Assembly: GCA_030603885.1 (NCBI GenBank)
Contig: JAUVWW010000004.1
Location: 2,236 to 66,235, forward strand
Direction of reading: 5' to 3'
DNA from: a bacterium
GTDB taxonomy: Bacteria; Patescibacteriota; JABMPQ01; JAUVWW01
DNA: 64,000 bases
Shown in pieces: positions 8,611-16,367 of this stretch. The notes under the pieces were generated by a model that was not told the DNA's origin, ran no database searches, and worked only from the letters and a program-made list of their open reading frames with translations. The position numbers were made by a program, and so were the translations under genes. Positions within the stretch are counted from its first letter, which is position 1; every line of letters starts with the position of its first letter.

Positions 8611-9240
8611 CTATTCTTTTGTGGGGACGGGGAGAAACTCTCTCACAACCCATTCCCACAGAAGATGTTTTGCCATCTTTGGCAATTGCCTTGGATGAGC
8701 AACTACGTAGAGAATGGTCATGAGTATATCCAATATGTGACTATGCCAGTCACATAGGATCATAGCCCAATCTGAGTGCGATTTCGGAGGATACTTTCTG
8801 TGGAATGCCATGTGTGCTGATATGGCATAACAGATGTTCTCTGGCAATCCCAATTCCTTTGCCAGATTTACTGTTCTTTTGGTGTTTCCTCCGTTTGACC
8901 CTATGTCGTGGATGAGGGTTCCTTTGACAAAATCTTTCACATTAGTAATCCCGAAAGATTTTGCCAGGATCAGGGCGAATTCTCCTGCCAGGCGTAAATG
9001 AAGCCTGAGAGGAAAAGGCCCGTGATAAGGAGATTCATCTCGCCACCTCTCCGCCACCACTGGATTTTCTAGTAAAGATGAAACTATCTTTTTAAAAACT
9101 TTCTTTTCATCTCTACTCAAGACCTCCCCTACCAACAATCCCTTAATCAAGCGAGGGAAAGTGAAGGGGAGTAGTCTTAGAAACTCGATCAGAGCCGTCC
9201 CAAACAATCTAAAACTGAAACTTAACTTTATTCCATCCAT
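8611..9240 (-). CDS. HD-domain phosphohydrolase family protein
   Basis: LIHDIG HD motif with downstream His residues. Start set at MDGIKL (9240), which is preceded by GGAGG; the ORF track extends it to 9255. Confidence 0.5.
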   Translation of the reverse strand: MDGIKLSFSFRLFGTALIEFLRLLPFTFPRLIKGLLVGEVLSRDEKKVFKKIVSSLLENPVVAERWRDESPYHGPFPLRLHLRLAGEFALILAKSFGITNVKDFVKGTLIHDIGSNGGNTKRTVNLAKELGLPENICYAISAHMAFHRKYPPKSHSDWAMILCDWHSHILDILMTILYVVAHPRQLPKMAKHLLWEWVVREFLPVPTKE

Positions 9241-9608
9241 AATTTCCTCCATCATTTTTTTGGATGGCTTACCTAATCTTTAGATAACCCATCACAATTG
9301 ATTGATTTCAAAGAGCAGTTCCTAACAACGAAGATAATGTAAACGAGAAGGTGTAGAGTTTTAAAGGGCAAATGCAATTGCTATTTTATCCCCAAACTCT
9401 ATATTATAGCTAGTCTTAACAAAAACAGACTAGGGAAAGTCCACTAGTCTATTCTTTACTAGCTTTAGACTCTCTCCCCATTTACATTATTTTCATAATT
9501 AGCTTTGAAAGTACTCTCTATAGTTACTAAACAATAGCACAAATAAAAAATTTTGTCAATCCCTTTTAGCTGTATTTTGCAGTTTTTAAATCTCTCTATT
9601 AGATTTTG

Positions 9609-9737
9609 GGCTTATTTAAGCCAAAATAGAATTAAATTAGTTAGAACTTTTTGGCTTAAATAAAGGAAAAATTTAGTACTTTTTTAGAATAGATTGGCTT
9701 GGGTAAAGGAAAATTTTGAGTTTTTTTAGAAATTGCC
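9609..9737. repeat. AT-rich palindromic/tandem repeat cluster (GGCTTATTTAAGCC palindrome plus two tandem ~42-bp units TTGGCTTAAATAAAGGAAAAATTTAGTACTTTTTTAGAA / TGGCTTGGGTAAAGGAAAATTTTGAGTTTTTTTAGAA)
   Basis: Direct reading of the sequence. A related copy (TTTTTGGCTTAAATAAGCCAAATTTAGCATTTTTAGTTAGAAATT) lies at 28185-28240. Confidence 0.6.
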
Positions 9738-9792
9738 ATCCATTAATTTTGGTTGTGCTATGGATAATGAGAAGAGTAGAATTAAAAAATTA

Positions 9793-9822
9793 AGAAAAAA
9801 GAGGGAGTGGTAGATTCCCTCT
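9793..9822 (-). terminator. Rho-independent terminator for the minus-strand gene ending at 9837
   Basis: Stem agaggga/tccctct (9800-9806 / 9816-9822) followed by an A-run on the + strand, which is a U-run on the minus transcript. Confidence 0.5.
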
Positions 9823-9836
9823 TTAGAACTGGTTTT

Positions 9837-10502
9837 TTATTTGGGTAGACTGGCATCAATCATTTGGATAACGAAGTCAACTACTTGAGATTTTTTTCTT
9901 ATCTCCTCCGGAAATCTTTTACTGAGTAATTTCCGGACTTTTTCCATAGTTTTTGATGTCATCCCATCCAGAATTTTTTCTATTTCTTCTGGCTTATCGG
10001 GATCACTGGCCAGGATCTTTCTTAACAATTCAGTCATCGTCTCAGTTTTCTTTGGCTTCTTTTTTAACTTCTTTTTTTTCGCTGACTTTTCTTCGATTTC
10101 AACCTCAATTATTGCTTTTATCAGTTCATCATCATTAGGATCTGTCAACACTGTTCCTTCAGAAATCTCTTTTGCAAACAACCCCGATATAAGTTCTTTA
10201 CTCCAGCCCACTGATACATAGATCAGTTTTTCTTTGTCAACCATTTGGCCATATTTTTTCGCCTCATCAGTAGAACCTCCCATCTCTAATACTACCACGG
10301 TTGGTTTCAATTTTTTCATGGCTTTAGTAAGCTTGGCCTCGTTCACCCCAAAGAGTTTTTTGACCTTAAACCCTAATTTTTTAAGCCTCTCTTCGATTTC
10401 GTCGATTTCGGGAATCTCTTCCTCTTCCTCTCCCTCTTCTTTATGCCAGACCAATTCCTTTTCCTCTTCTTTAAACAGGACAAAAAGAACTGTTTTTTCC
10501 AT
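9837..10502 (-). CDS. Hypothetical acidic/lysine-rich protein
   Basis: Start set at MEKTVLF (10502), which has a perfect AAGGAGGT RBS 5 nt upstream. The ORF-track start at 10535 is less likely. No recognisable domain. Confidence 0.4.
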   Translation of the reverse strand: MEKTVLFVLFKEEEKELVWHKEEGEEEEEIPEIDEIEERLKKLGFKVKKLFGVNEAKLTKAMKKLKPTVVVLEMGGSTDEAKKYGQMVDKEKLIYVSVGWSKELISGLFAKEISEGTVLTDPNDDELIKAIIEVEIEEKSAKKKKLKKKPKKTETMTELLRKILASDPDKPEEIEKILDGMTSKTMEKVRKLLSKRFPEEIRKKSQVVDFVIQMIDASLPK

Positions 10503-10627
10503 TTTTACCTCCTTAAATAAATTTTCACGTTTCATAAAAGCATAATATATCTAGTTAAAAAAGTCAAGTATTTTATGGTTTTTAAGAAATTATGGTATTA
10601 TGTCTTTAGTAAAAGGCTTATAATAAG

Positions 10628-11485
10628 ATGAACTTTAAACTTAACAAAAAAATCTCTCAAGTTATTCTGGCCATTTTAGCTGTCTTAGCCATTCTTTCCT
10701 GGACAGCTGTTTTTGCTTCAGGTGATAATGAATTACATATCTATTTCTACGATGTTGGTCAAGGAGATGCTATTTATATTAGAACTCCGGCTGGACAAGA
10801 TATTCTTATTGATGGGGGACCAGATTCAACTATTTTAGCTAAATTAGGTCAGGATATGCCTTTTTATGATCGGAAAATTGAACTTGTTATTAATACTCAT
10901 CCTCATGCTGATCATATCACTGGACTGATTGAGGTTTTAAAAAGATATGAAGTGGATCAGATTTTATCTACTGGGGTAGAGCATAGCACAGCCACTTTTG
11001 GAAAATGGAAAGATACCATTCAAGAGAAAAATATTCTCGTCAAAATAGCTCAAGTAGGTCAGAAAATTAAACTAGGCCAGGCTAGTATGTATGTGCTTTA
11101 TCCTAGGGATAGACTGGCTGGCAAAGAAGTAAAAGATTTAAATAATACCTCTGTTGTCTCTCGGTTAATTTATGGCAGAAATTCTGCCTTATTTACTGGT
11201 GATGTAGAGATTGAAGTAGAGCAAGACTTGCTGAGTAGCTTAGTACATTTAAAATCAGACATTCTCAAAGTAGGACATCAGGGATCAAAGACTTCCACTT
11301 CAAAGACATTTTTAGAAGTAGTAGATCCTGGATATGCTATAATATCAGTAGGGGAGAATAAATATGGCCATCCCTCAGAAGAAATTTTGGAAAGGCTAAA
11401 AAATACAAAACTTTTTAGAACGGATTTGGATGGTGATGTGGAATGTGTATTAGATGGGAGAGGAATAAGTTGTCAAGGAAACTAA
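10628..11485 (+). CDS. Stand-alone ComEC-type metallo-β-lactamase-fold protein with an N-terminal membrane anchor
   Basis: HPHADHITG plus LKVGHQGSKTSTSKTFL...IISVGENKYGHPSEE, which are the motifs of the ComEC C-terminal MBL domain. N-terminal TM helix. Confidence 0.75.
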   Translation: MNFKLNKKISQVILAILAVLAILSWTAVFASGDNELHIYFYDVGQGDAIYIRTPAGQDILIDGGPDSTILAKLGQDMPFYDRKIELVINTHPHADHITGLIEVLKRYEVDQILSTGVEHSTATFGKWKDTIQEKNILVKIAQVGQKIKLGQASMYVLYPRDRLAGKEVKDLNNTSVVSRLIYGRNSALFTGDVEIEVEQDLLSSLVHLKSDILKVGHQGSKTSTSKTFLEVVDPGYAIISVGENKYGHPSEEILERLKNTKLFRTDLDGDVECVLDGRGISCQGN

Positions 11486-11501
11486 TACGAGACTATTCAA
11501 T

Positions 11502-12635
11502 ATGAATAAGAAAAAAATTTTAATCCTACCTATTTCTGTTGGAGCAGGACATTTTAGAGTAGCCCAGGCTCTAAAAAATGCTTTTTTAAAAAAATCTAGA
11601 TTTGAGGTACAGATTGAAGATGCCCTAGATCATGTTGCTTGGCCTTTGAGATTTTTGTATAAGAATGTTTACTCTTTTTTTATTAATCATCCTCCTCTCG
11701 ATCGTCTTTACGGCTATGCCTATAGAAGAGGTAGGGAAGTTACTGCTTATACTAGGGCTTGGCATTGGTTAGTGATATCCTGTTTTTTACTTTTAAGTCG
11801 TGGATTAGAAAAGTTTATTTTAGAATACAGGCCCGATTTAATTGTTTGTGTTCATCCCTTTCTTTTAGAGCTTATATCTTGTTGGAAAAAGAAAGGCAAA
11901 ATAAAAAGTCCTTTGGTTACTATTACCACTGACCTTATGCCTCACAGACTTTGGATATTTTCCATTGTTGATCAGTATTATGTAGGCACAAAAGAGATAG
12001 AAGAAGTCTTTTTAGAAAATGGCATCTTGCAAGATAAAATTAAAGTAACAGGGCTTCCCCTAGATCCTAAATTTTATAAAGAGTTAGATAAAGATAAAAT
12101 TGCAGACAAACTTGATTTATCTCAAGACAAGAAAACTGTTTTGATTTTGTGCCGAAGGCTGGGATTTAAAAATTTAAGAAAGGTACTTTTTGGTCTTGGA
12201 GATTTAAATATCCAGGCAATCATTGTTACAGAGAGGGATAAAAAATTACAAAGGAACCTTGAAAGAGAAAAGAAGAAATTTCCTTTTCCTATTATTATCT
12301 TTGAATATACAAAGATAATGGCTGAGCTTGAGACTGTGGCTGATATCTTAATTTCAAAGCCAGGTGGTATTATTCTTACTGAGACTTTTTGTAAGAGATT
12401 GCCCACAATAGTAATTAATCCTATTCCTGGACAAGAAGAAGATAATCTTAAGTTTCTGCTAACGAAAGAAGCAGCTCTTTATGCGAGAAATTCTCAAGAG
12501 ATTATTACACATACCAGAAAGCTTTTAACTTCCAAAGAAATAAGATCTAAGATTCAAGCAAACCTAGAAAAACTAGCAAAACCTAATGCTTCAGATGTGA
12601 TTGTAAAAGATATTATTGATAAATTTTTAAAATAA
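11502..12635 (+). CDS. GT28 glycosyltransferase, MGDG-synthase/UgtP-like (diacylglycerol glycosyltransferase)
   Basis: N-terminal KILILPISVGAGHFRVAQAL (MGDG_synth motif) and a C-terminal GT28 fold. Confidence 0.7.
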   Translation: MNKKKILILPISVGAGHFRVAQALKNAFLKKSRFEVQIEDALDHVAWPLRFLYKNVYSFFINHPPLDRLYGYAYRRGREVTAYTRAWHWLVISCFLLLSRGLEKFILEYRPDLIVCVHPFLLELISCWKKKGKIKSPLVTITTDLMPHRLWIFSIVDQYYVGTKEIEEVFLENGILQDKIKVTGLPLDPKFYKELDKDKIADKLDLSQDKKTVLILCRRLGFKNLRKVLFGLGDLNIQAIIVTERDKKLQRNLEREKKKFPFPIIIFEYTKIMAELETVADILISKPGGIILTETFCKRLPTIVINPIPGQEEDNLKFLLTKEAALYARNSQEIITHTRKLLTSKEIRSKIQANLEKLAKPNASDVIVKDIIDKFLK

Positions 12636-12677
12636 TGCTATTATGTTATCAAACTAAGTTGTTAAATCGTTAAATCC

Positions 12678-13268
12678 ATGGTTCATGCAAAAGAAGAAAA
12701 AACAATAGTCTTAGTTAAACCAGATGGGGTCAAAAGAGGTTTAACTGGGGAAATAGTTAGACGTATTGAACAAAGAGGCTTAAAAATTATTGCCTTAGAT
12801 ATGATCTGGGCTACAGAGAAACAGATGGATGCTCATTATCCTAAAGATGAGGCTTGGATAAAGAGGTTGGGGGAGAAAACAATGAACACCTATAAAAAGT
12901 ATGGCATTGATCCTAAAAAAGAGTTGGGTACCTCGGACAAGTTGAAAATTGGGAAAATGGTTAGGTCTTGGGTAGTTGATTATATGATCTCCGGCCCGAT
13001 TGTCAAAATGGTAGTCAAAGGTATTCATGCCATTGATATGTGCCGAAAGATAGCCGGCAATACCTTACCTTATCTAGCAGATATGGGTACAGTAAGAGGA
13101 GATTTTTCTGTTGATTCACCAGCTGCAGCAAATAAAGATAAAAGATCAGTACATAATGTTATGCACGCTTCAGAAAATAAAGAAGAAGCAGAACACGAAC
13201 TTAAAGAGTGGTTTGCTCCAGAAGAGATTCATGATTATAAAAAAGCTGAAGAGGATATTATGTTCTAA
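12678..13268 (+). CDS. ndk: Nucleoside diphosphate kinase (with an internal insertion)
   Basis: TIVLVKPDGVKRGL at the N-terminus, then the NVMHASE active-site His and a C-terminal EIxLWF-like region. Confidence 0.85.
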   Translation: MVHAKEEKTIVLVKPDGVKRGLTGEIVRRIEQRGLKIIALDMIWATEKQMDAHYPKDEAWIKRLGEKTMNTYKKYGIDPKKELGTSDKLKIGKMVRSWVVDYMISGPIVKMVVKGIHAIDMCRKIAGNTLPYLADMGTVRGDFSVDSPAAANKDKRSVHNVMHASENKEEAEHELKEWFAPEEIHDYKKAEEDIMF

Positions 13269-13272
13269 GAAT

Positions 13273-13347
13273 CGGGGCGTAGCTTAGTTGGCTTAAAGCA
13301 CAGGGCTGGGGGTCCTGGGATCGCTGGTTCGAATCCAGTCGCCCCGA
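13273..13347 (+). tRNA. tRNA-Pro (anticodon GGG), no encoded CCA
   Basis: Acceptor stem CGGGGCG/CGCCCCG with discriminator A. D-arm GCTT-AGTTGGCTTA-AAGC. Anticodon loop CTGGGGG. T-arm GGTTCGAATCC. Confidence 0.8.
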
Positions 13348-13356
13348 TATAAAAAT

Positions 13357-13378
13357 CGCCAAAGTTCCTGGCGTTTTT
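13357..13378. terminator. Bidirectional intrinsic terminator (after the tRNA on +; after rpmB on -)
   Basis: Stem CGCCA/TGGCG with loop aagttcc, then TTTTT. The minus-strand reading also ends in a U-run. Confidence 0.5.
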
Positions 13379-13405
13379 ATAATTACTGAATTACCAAGTT
13401 CTAAT

Positions 13406-13579
13406 TTACTTCTTCTTATACACCTTCTTCAAACATTTCATACAAACTCTCTTTTTCTTTCCTTTTATTTTTATAGTCCTTAAATTCAAAAGCTGCCTTG
13501 TCCTTATTGCTTTGTGGGCATGGGTTCGTTTGATAATGGTTTTTGGTCCTCGACCACAGATATCACATTTTCTTGCCAT
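13406..13579 (-). CDS. rpmB: 50S ribosomal protein L28 (zinc-binding C+ form); absent from the ORF track because it is under 60 aa
   Basis: Minus strand translates to MARKCDICGRGPKTIIKRTHAHKAIRTRQLLNLRTIKIKGKKKRVCMKCLKKVYKKK (57 aa). L28 signature MARxCxxCGK...sH and a CxxC...CxxC zinc ribbon. Confidence 0.8.
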   Translation of the reverse strand: MARKCDICGRGPKTIIKRTHAHKAIRTRQLLNLRTIKIKGKKKRVCMKCLKKVYKKK

Positions 13580-13638
13580 ATTGTTAAATTAATATAAATA
13601 GTGTATATTAAAGATAGCACTATTTTTTATTTATTGCA

Positions 13639-14283
13639 ATGATTATTACCTTACTTTTTCAACAACCTGTCTTATTTTTTGCTTGGGTGGCGGCTATAAT
13701 TATAGCTATTACTATTCATGAATTTTCCCATGCTGCTTGTGCTTATGCTTTGGGAGATCCTACGGCCAAGTACCAAGGAAGACTAACCTTAAATCCCTTG
13801 TCTCATCTTGATCCTTGGGGAACTTTACTTTTACTTTTTGTGGGGATTGGTTGGGGGAAGCCAGTTCCTTTTAATCCTTATAATTTAAAAAACCAAAGAT
13901 ATGGATCAGCACTTGTGGCTTTAGCTGGTCCCGGGTCTAACCTAGGTCTAGTAGTAATCTTTAGTTTGATTTTAAGATTTATATATCCTCTAACTGGCCT
14001 TGGAACAGAAAATGCTCTCTACACTTTTCTTTCTCTTCTTGTTCTTCTAAATGCCATGCTCATGATTTTCAATCTTATTCCCATTCCTCCCTTAGATGGC
14101 TCCAAGCTTTTGATGGCTATTTTGCCTCCTAGTCTAGATAATGTAAAGATATTTTTGCAAAGATATGGCTTTTTTATTCTTATTCTCCTTATCTTTTTAG
14201 GACGAGGTCTTTTGATGGGACTTTTTGGCCTAGTTATTTATGTGATCCAGGCTGTATTTGGAATACAATTACCTTTCTTCTAG
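13639..14283 (+). CDS. Site-2 protease family membrane metalloprotease
   Basis: HEFSHA (HExxH) in TM1, a LNPLSHLDPWG motif, polytopic. Confidence 0.65.
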   Translation: MIITLLFQQPVLFFAWVAAIIIAITIHEFSHAACAYALGDPTAKYQGRLTLNPLSHLDPWGTLLLLFVGIGWGKPVPFNPYNLKNQRYGSALVALAGPGSNLGLVVIFSLILRFIYPLTGLGTENALYTFLSLLVLLNAMLMIFNLIPIPPLDGSKLLMAILPPSLDNVKIFLQRYGFFILILLIFLGRGLLMGLFGLVIYVIQAVFGIQLPFF

Positions 14284-14355
14284 GTAGTAGTCCACCATAT
14301 TCTGATCAATGGTCGACATTTCTTATTTAATTAACAATTAATAATCAATAAAAAT

Positions 14356-15108
14356 ATGTTAGTAGATTTACTTTTTAGTTGGGTAGGGATAATTGTTGTG
14401 GCTTTAATTATTCTATCTCAGGCAGTAAGGATTACTAGAGAATATGAGAGAGGAGTGATTTTTCGTTTGGGAAGATTTGCTGGGATTAGGGGTCCAGGGT
14501 TATTTCTAATCATTCCTATTATTGATAAGATGGTCAAAATTGATCTCAGAGTGATTACCCTGGATGTGCCGGCTCAAGAGGTGATTACCAAAGATAACAT
14601 CCCTATAAAAGTTGATGCTGTTTTGTATTTTAAGATTTCTGATCCTCAAAAAGCAATCATTGAAGTGGAGAATTATATGATGGCTACTTCCCAAAATTCA
14701 CAGACCTCTTTGCGAGGAGTGGTTGGTGCTTCAAGTTTAGATGAACTCTTGGCTGAACGAGAAAAGATTAATCAGAAACTCCATGAAATCATTGATCGAG
14801 CTACTGATCCTTGGGGGATAAAAGTAACGGCCGTTGAGGTAAAACACGTAGAAATTCCCAAAACAATGCAAAGGGCTATTGCCAAGCAGGCGGAAGCTGA
14901 AAGAGTAAAAAGAGCTAAAATTATTTTGGCTGAAGGTGAGTATCTAGCTGCCCAAAAATTAAAAGAGGCCGGTGATATTCTAAATGCTGATCCAATTACC
15001 CTGAGATATCTTGAAACTTTGTCCGAGGCCGCCAAAGAACCCAATACCACAATTTTGTTTCCAGTTGAATTACTGGGAATGTTGAAAAAAATTAGAGGAG
15101 ACAAATAA
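14356..15108 (+). CDS. SPFH/band-7 (stomatin/slipin-like) membrane protein
   Basis: N-terminal TM helix, then an SPFH core ([13 protein letters not shown]...) and a coiled-coil [14 protein letters not shown] region. Confidence 0.8.
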   Translation: MLVDLLFSWVGIIVVALIILSQAVRITREYERGVIFRLGRFAGIRGPGLFLIIPIIDKMVKIDLRVITLDVPAQEVITKDNIPIKVDAVLYFKISDPQKAIIEVENYMMATSQNSQTSLRGVVGASSLDELLAEREKINQKLHEIIDRATDPWGIKVTAVEVKHVEIPKTMQRAIAKQAEAERVKRAKIILAEGEYLAAQKLKEAGDILNADPITLRYLETLSEAAKEPNTTILFPVELLGMLKKIRGDK

Positions 15109-15166
15109 ATCTGTTAGGAAATTTTCTAACGAGGCAAAAAGGCAAGAACTCATTTGCTTCTAAAAT

Positions 15167-15195
15167 TTGACATATATAATAAATCTGCTATTATA
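15167..15195 (+). promoter_or_regulatory. Candidate sigma-70-type promoter of the rpsL-rpsG-fusA operon
   Basis: TTGACA (15167-15172), a 17-nt spacer, then ATTATA/TATTAT about 60 nt upstream of rpsL. Confidence 0.4.
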
Positions 15196-15254
15196 GCACG
15201 AGAGAGTGGCAATATTGCTATTCTTTTATTTTAGTCTTATAATGGAGAAAAGAT

Positions 15255-15803
15255 ATGGTTACAATAAGACAATTAGTCCGCAAAGGACGAAAAAAATTTA
15301 AGAAAAAGTCTAAATCCCCAGCTTTATGGAGAGCTTTTAATGTTATTCAGGCAAGAACAAAAGAATATCCAAGTCCCTTTAAGAGAGGAGTCTGTATTAA
15401 AGTCACTACTACCACACCCAAAAAGCCAAATTCAGCCTTGCGTAAAATTGCCAAGGTAAGACTCTCTTCTGGCATGGAAGTTACAGCTTATATTCCCGGA
15501 GAAGGTCATAATTTACAGGAACACTCCATAGTCTTAATTCGAGGCGGAAGAGTAAAAGATCTTCCTGGAGTTAAGTATCATGTAGTCAGAGGAGTGCTGG
15601 ATACAGGAGGAGTGGTGGGAAGAAAGAAACAGCGTTCAAAATATGGAGCTAAAACAGAAGGTGCAGCTAAGAAAGAAGCTGCAGCAAAGGCAGAAGCTGC
15701 TCCAGAAGCAAAGGCCGGAGAAAAGCCTAAAGAAGAAACAGCTAAGGAGACCCCAACCAAGGAAGCTCCAGCTAAAGAAGCGCCTAAAGAAAAAAAGAAA
15801 TAG
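15255..15803 (+). CDS. rpsL: 30S ribosomal protein S12 with a ~45-aa A/K/E/P-rich C-terminal extension
   Basis: Canonical S12 core ([12 protein letters not shown]...GVKYHVVRG) followed by a low-complexity [16 protein letters not shown]...APKEKKK tail. Confidence 0.9.
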   Translation: MVTIRQLVRKGRKKFKKKSKSPALWRAFNVIQARTKEYPSPFKRGVCIKVTTTTPKKPNSALRKIAKVRLSSGMEVTAYIPGEGHNLQEHSIVLIRGGRVKDLPGVKYHVVRGVLDTGGVVGRKKQRSKYGAKTEGAAKKEAAAKAEAAPEAKAGEKPKEETAKETPTKEAPAKEAPKEKKK

Positions 15804-15847
15804 GCTGATTTAGCATTTCTACATTTTACACTCTAAATTTTACTTAA

Positions 15848-16318
15848 ATGACTAGAAAAAAACGAAAATTTAAGAAAAGAATCGAGCCAGATCCAAGATA
15901 CAGCAATGTTCTTGTGGCTAGATTTATTAATCAGATAATGAAGCGAGGAAAGAAAACTACGGCTCAAAGGGTAGTTTATGGCGCCTTTGATTTTATTAAA
16001 GAGAAGACTAAAAAGAATCCAATAGAGGTTTTTGATAAAGCTATAAAGAATGTTGGTCCACTTCTAGAAGTTAGAGGTAGAAGAATTGGAGGAGCTTCCT
16101 ATCAGATTCCTTATGAAGTGAGAGGAGAAAGACGCAATACTTTAGCTTTTAGATGGATTATCCAAGCAACTAAGGCTAGAAAAGGAAAACCCATGGCTCA
16201 AAAGCTAGCTTCAGAACTTCTAGATGCTTATCGAGGCGAAGGAGTAGCTGTTAAAAAGAAAGAAGATACTCATAGAATGGCAGAAGCTAATAAGGCATTT
16301 GCCCATTTTGCCATATAA
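15848..16318 (+). CDS. rpsG: 30S ribosomal protein S7
   Basis: S7 family similarity throughout ([20 protein letters not shown]...). Confidence 0.9.
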   Translation: MTRKKRKFKKRIEPDPRYSNVLVARFINQIMKRGKKTTAQRVVYGAFDFIKEKTKKNPIEVFDKAIKNVGPLLEVRGRRIGGASYQIPYEVRGERRNTLAFRWIIQATKARKGKPMAQKLASELLDAYRGEGVAVKKKEDTHRMAEANKAFAHFAI

Positions 16319-16367
16319 GAACCTGCTTTCTGAGAACCTTGATTCTTGCTTCGCTCGAATTAAACTA
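16318..16367 (+). repeat. Copy B of the ~50-nt intergenic repeat family
   Basis: TAAGAACCTGCTTTCTGAGAACCTTGATTCTTGCTTCGCTCGAATTAAACT. It starts on the rpsG stop codon and ends on the fusA ATG. Confidence 0.7.
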
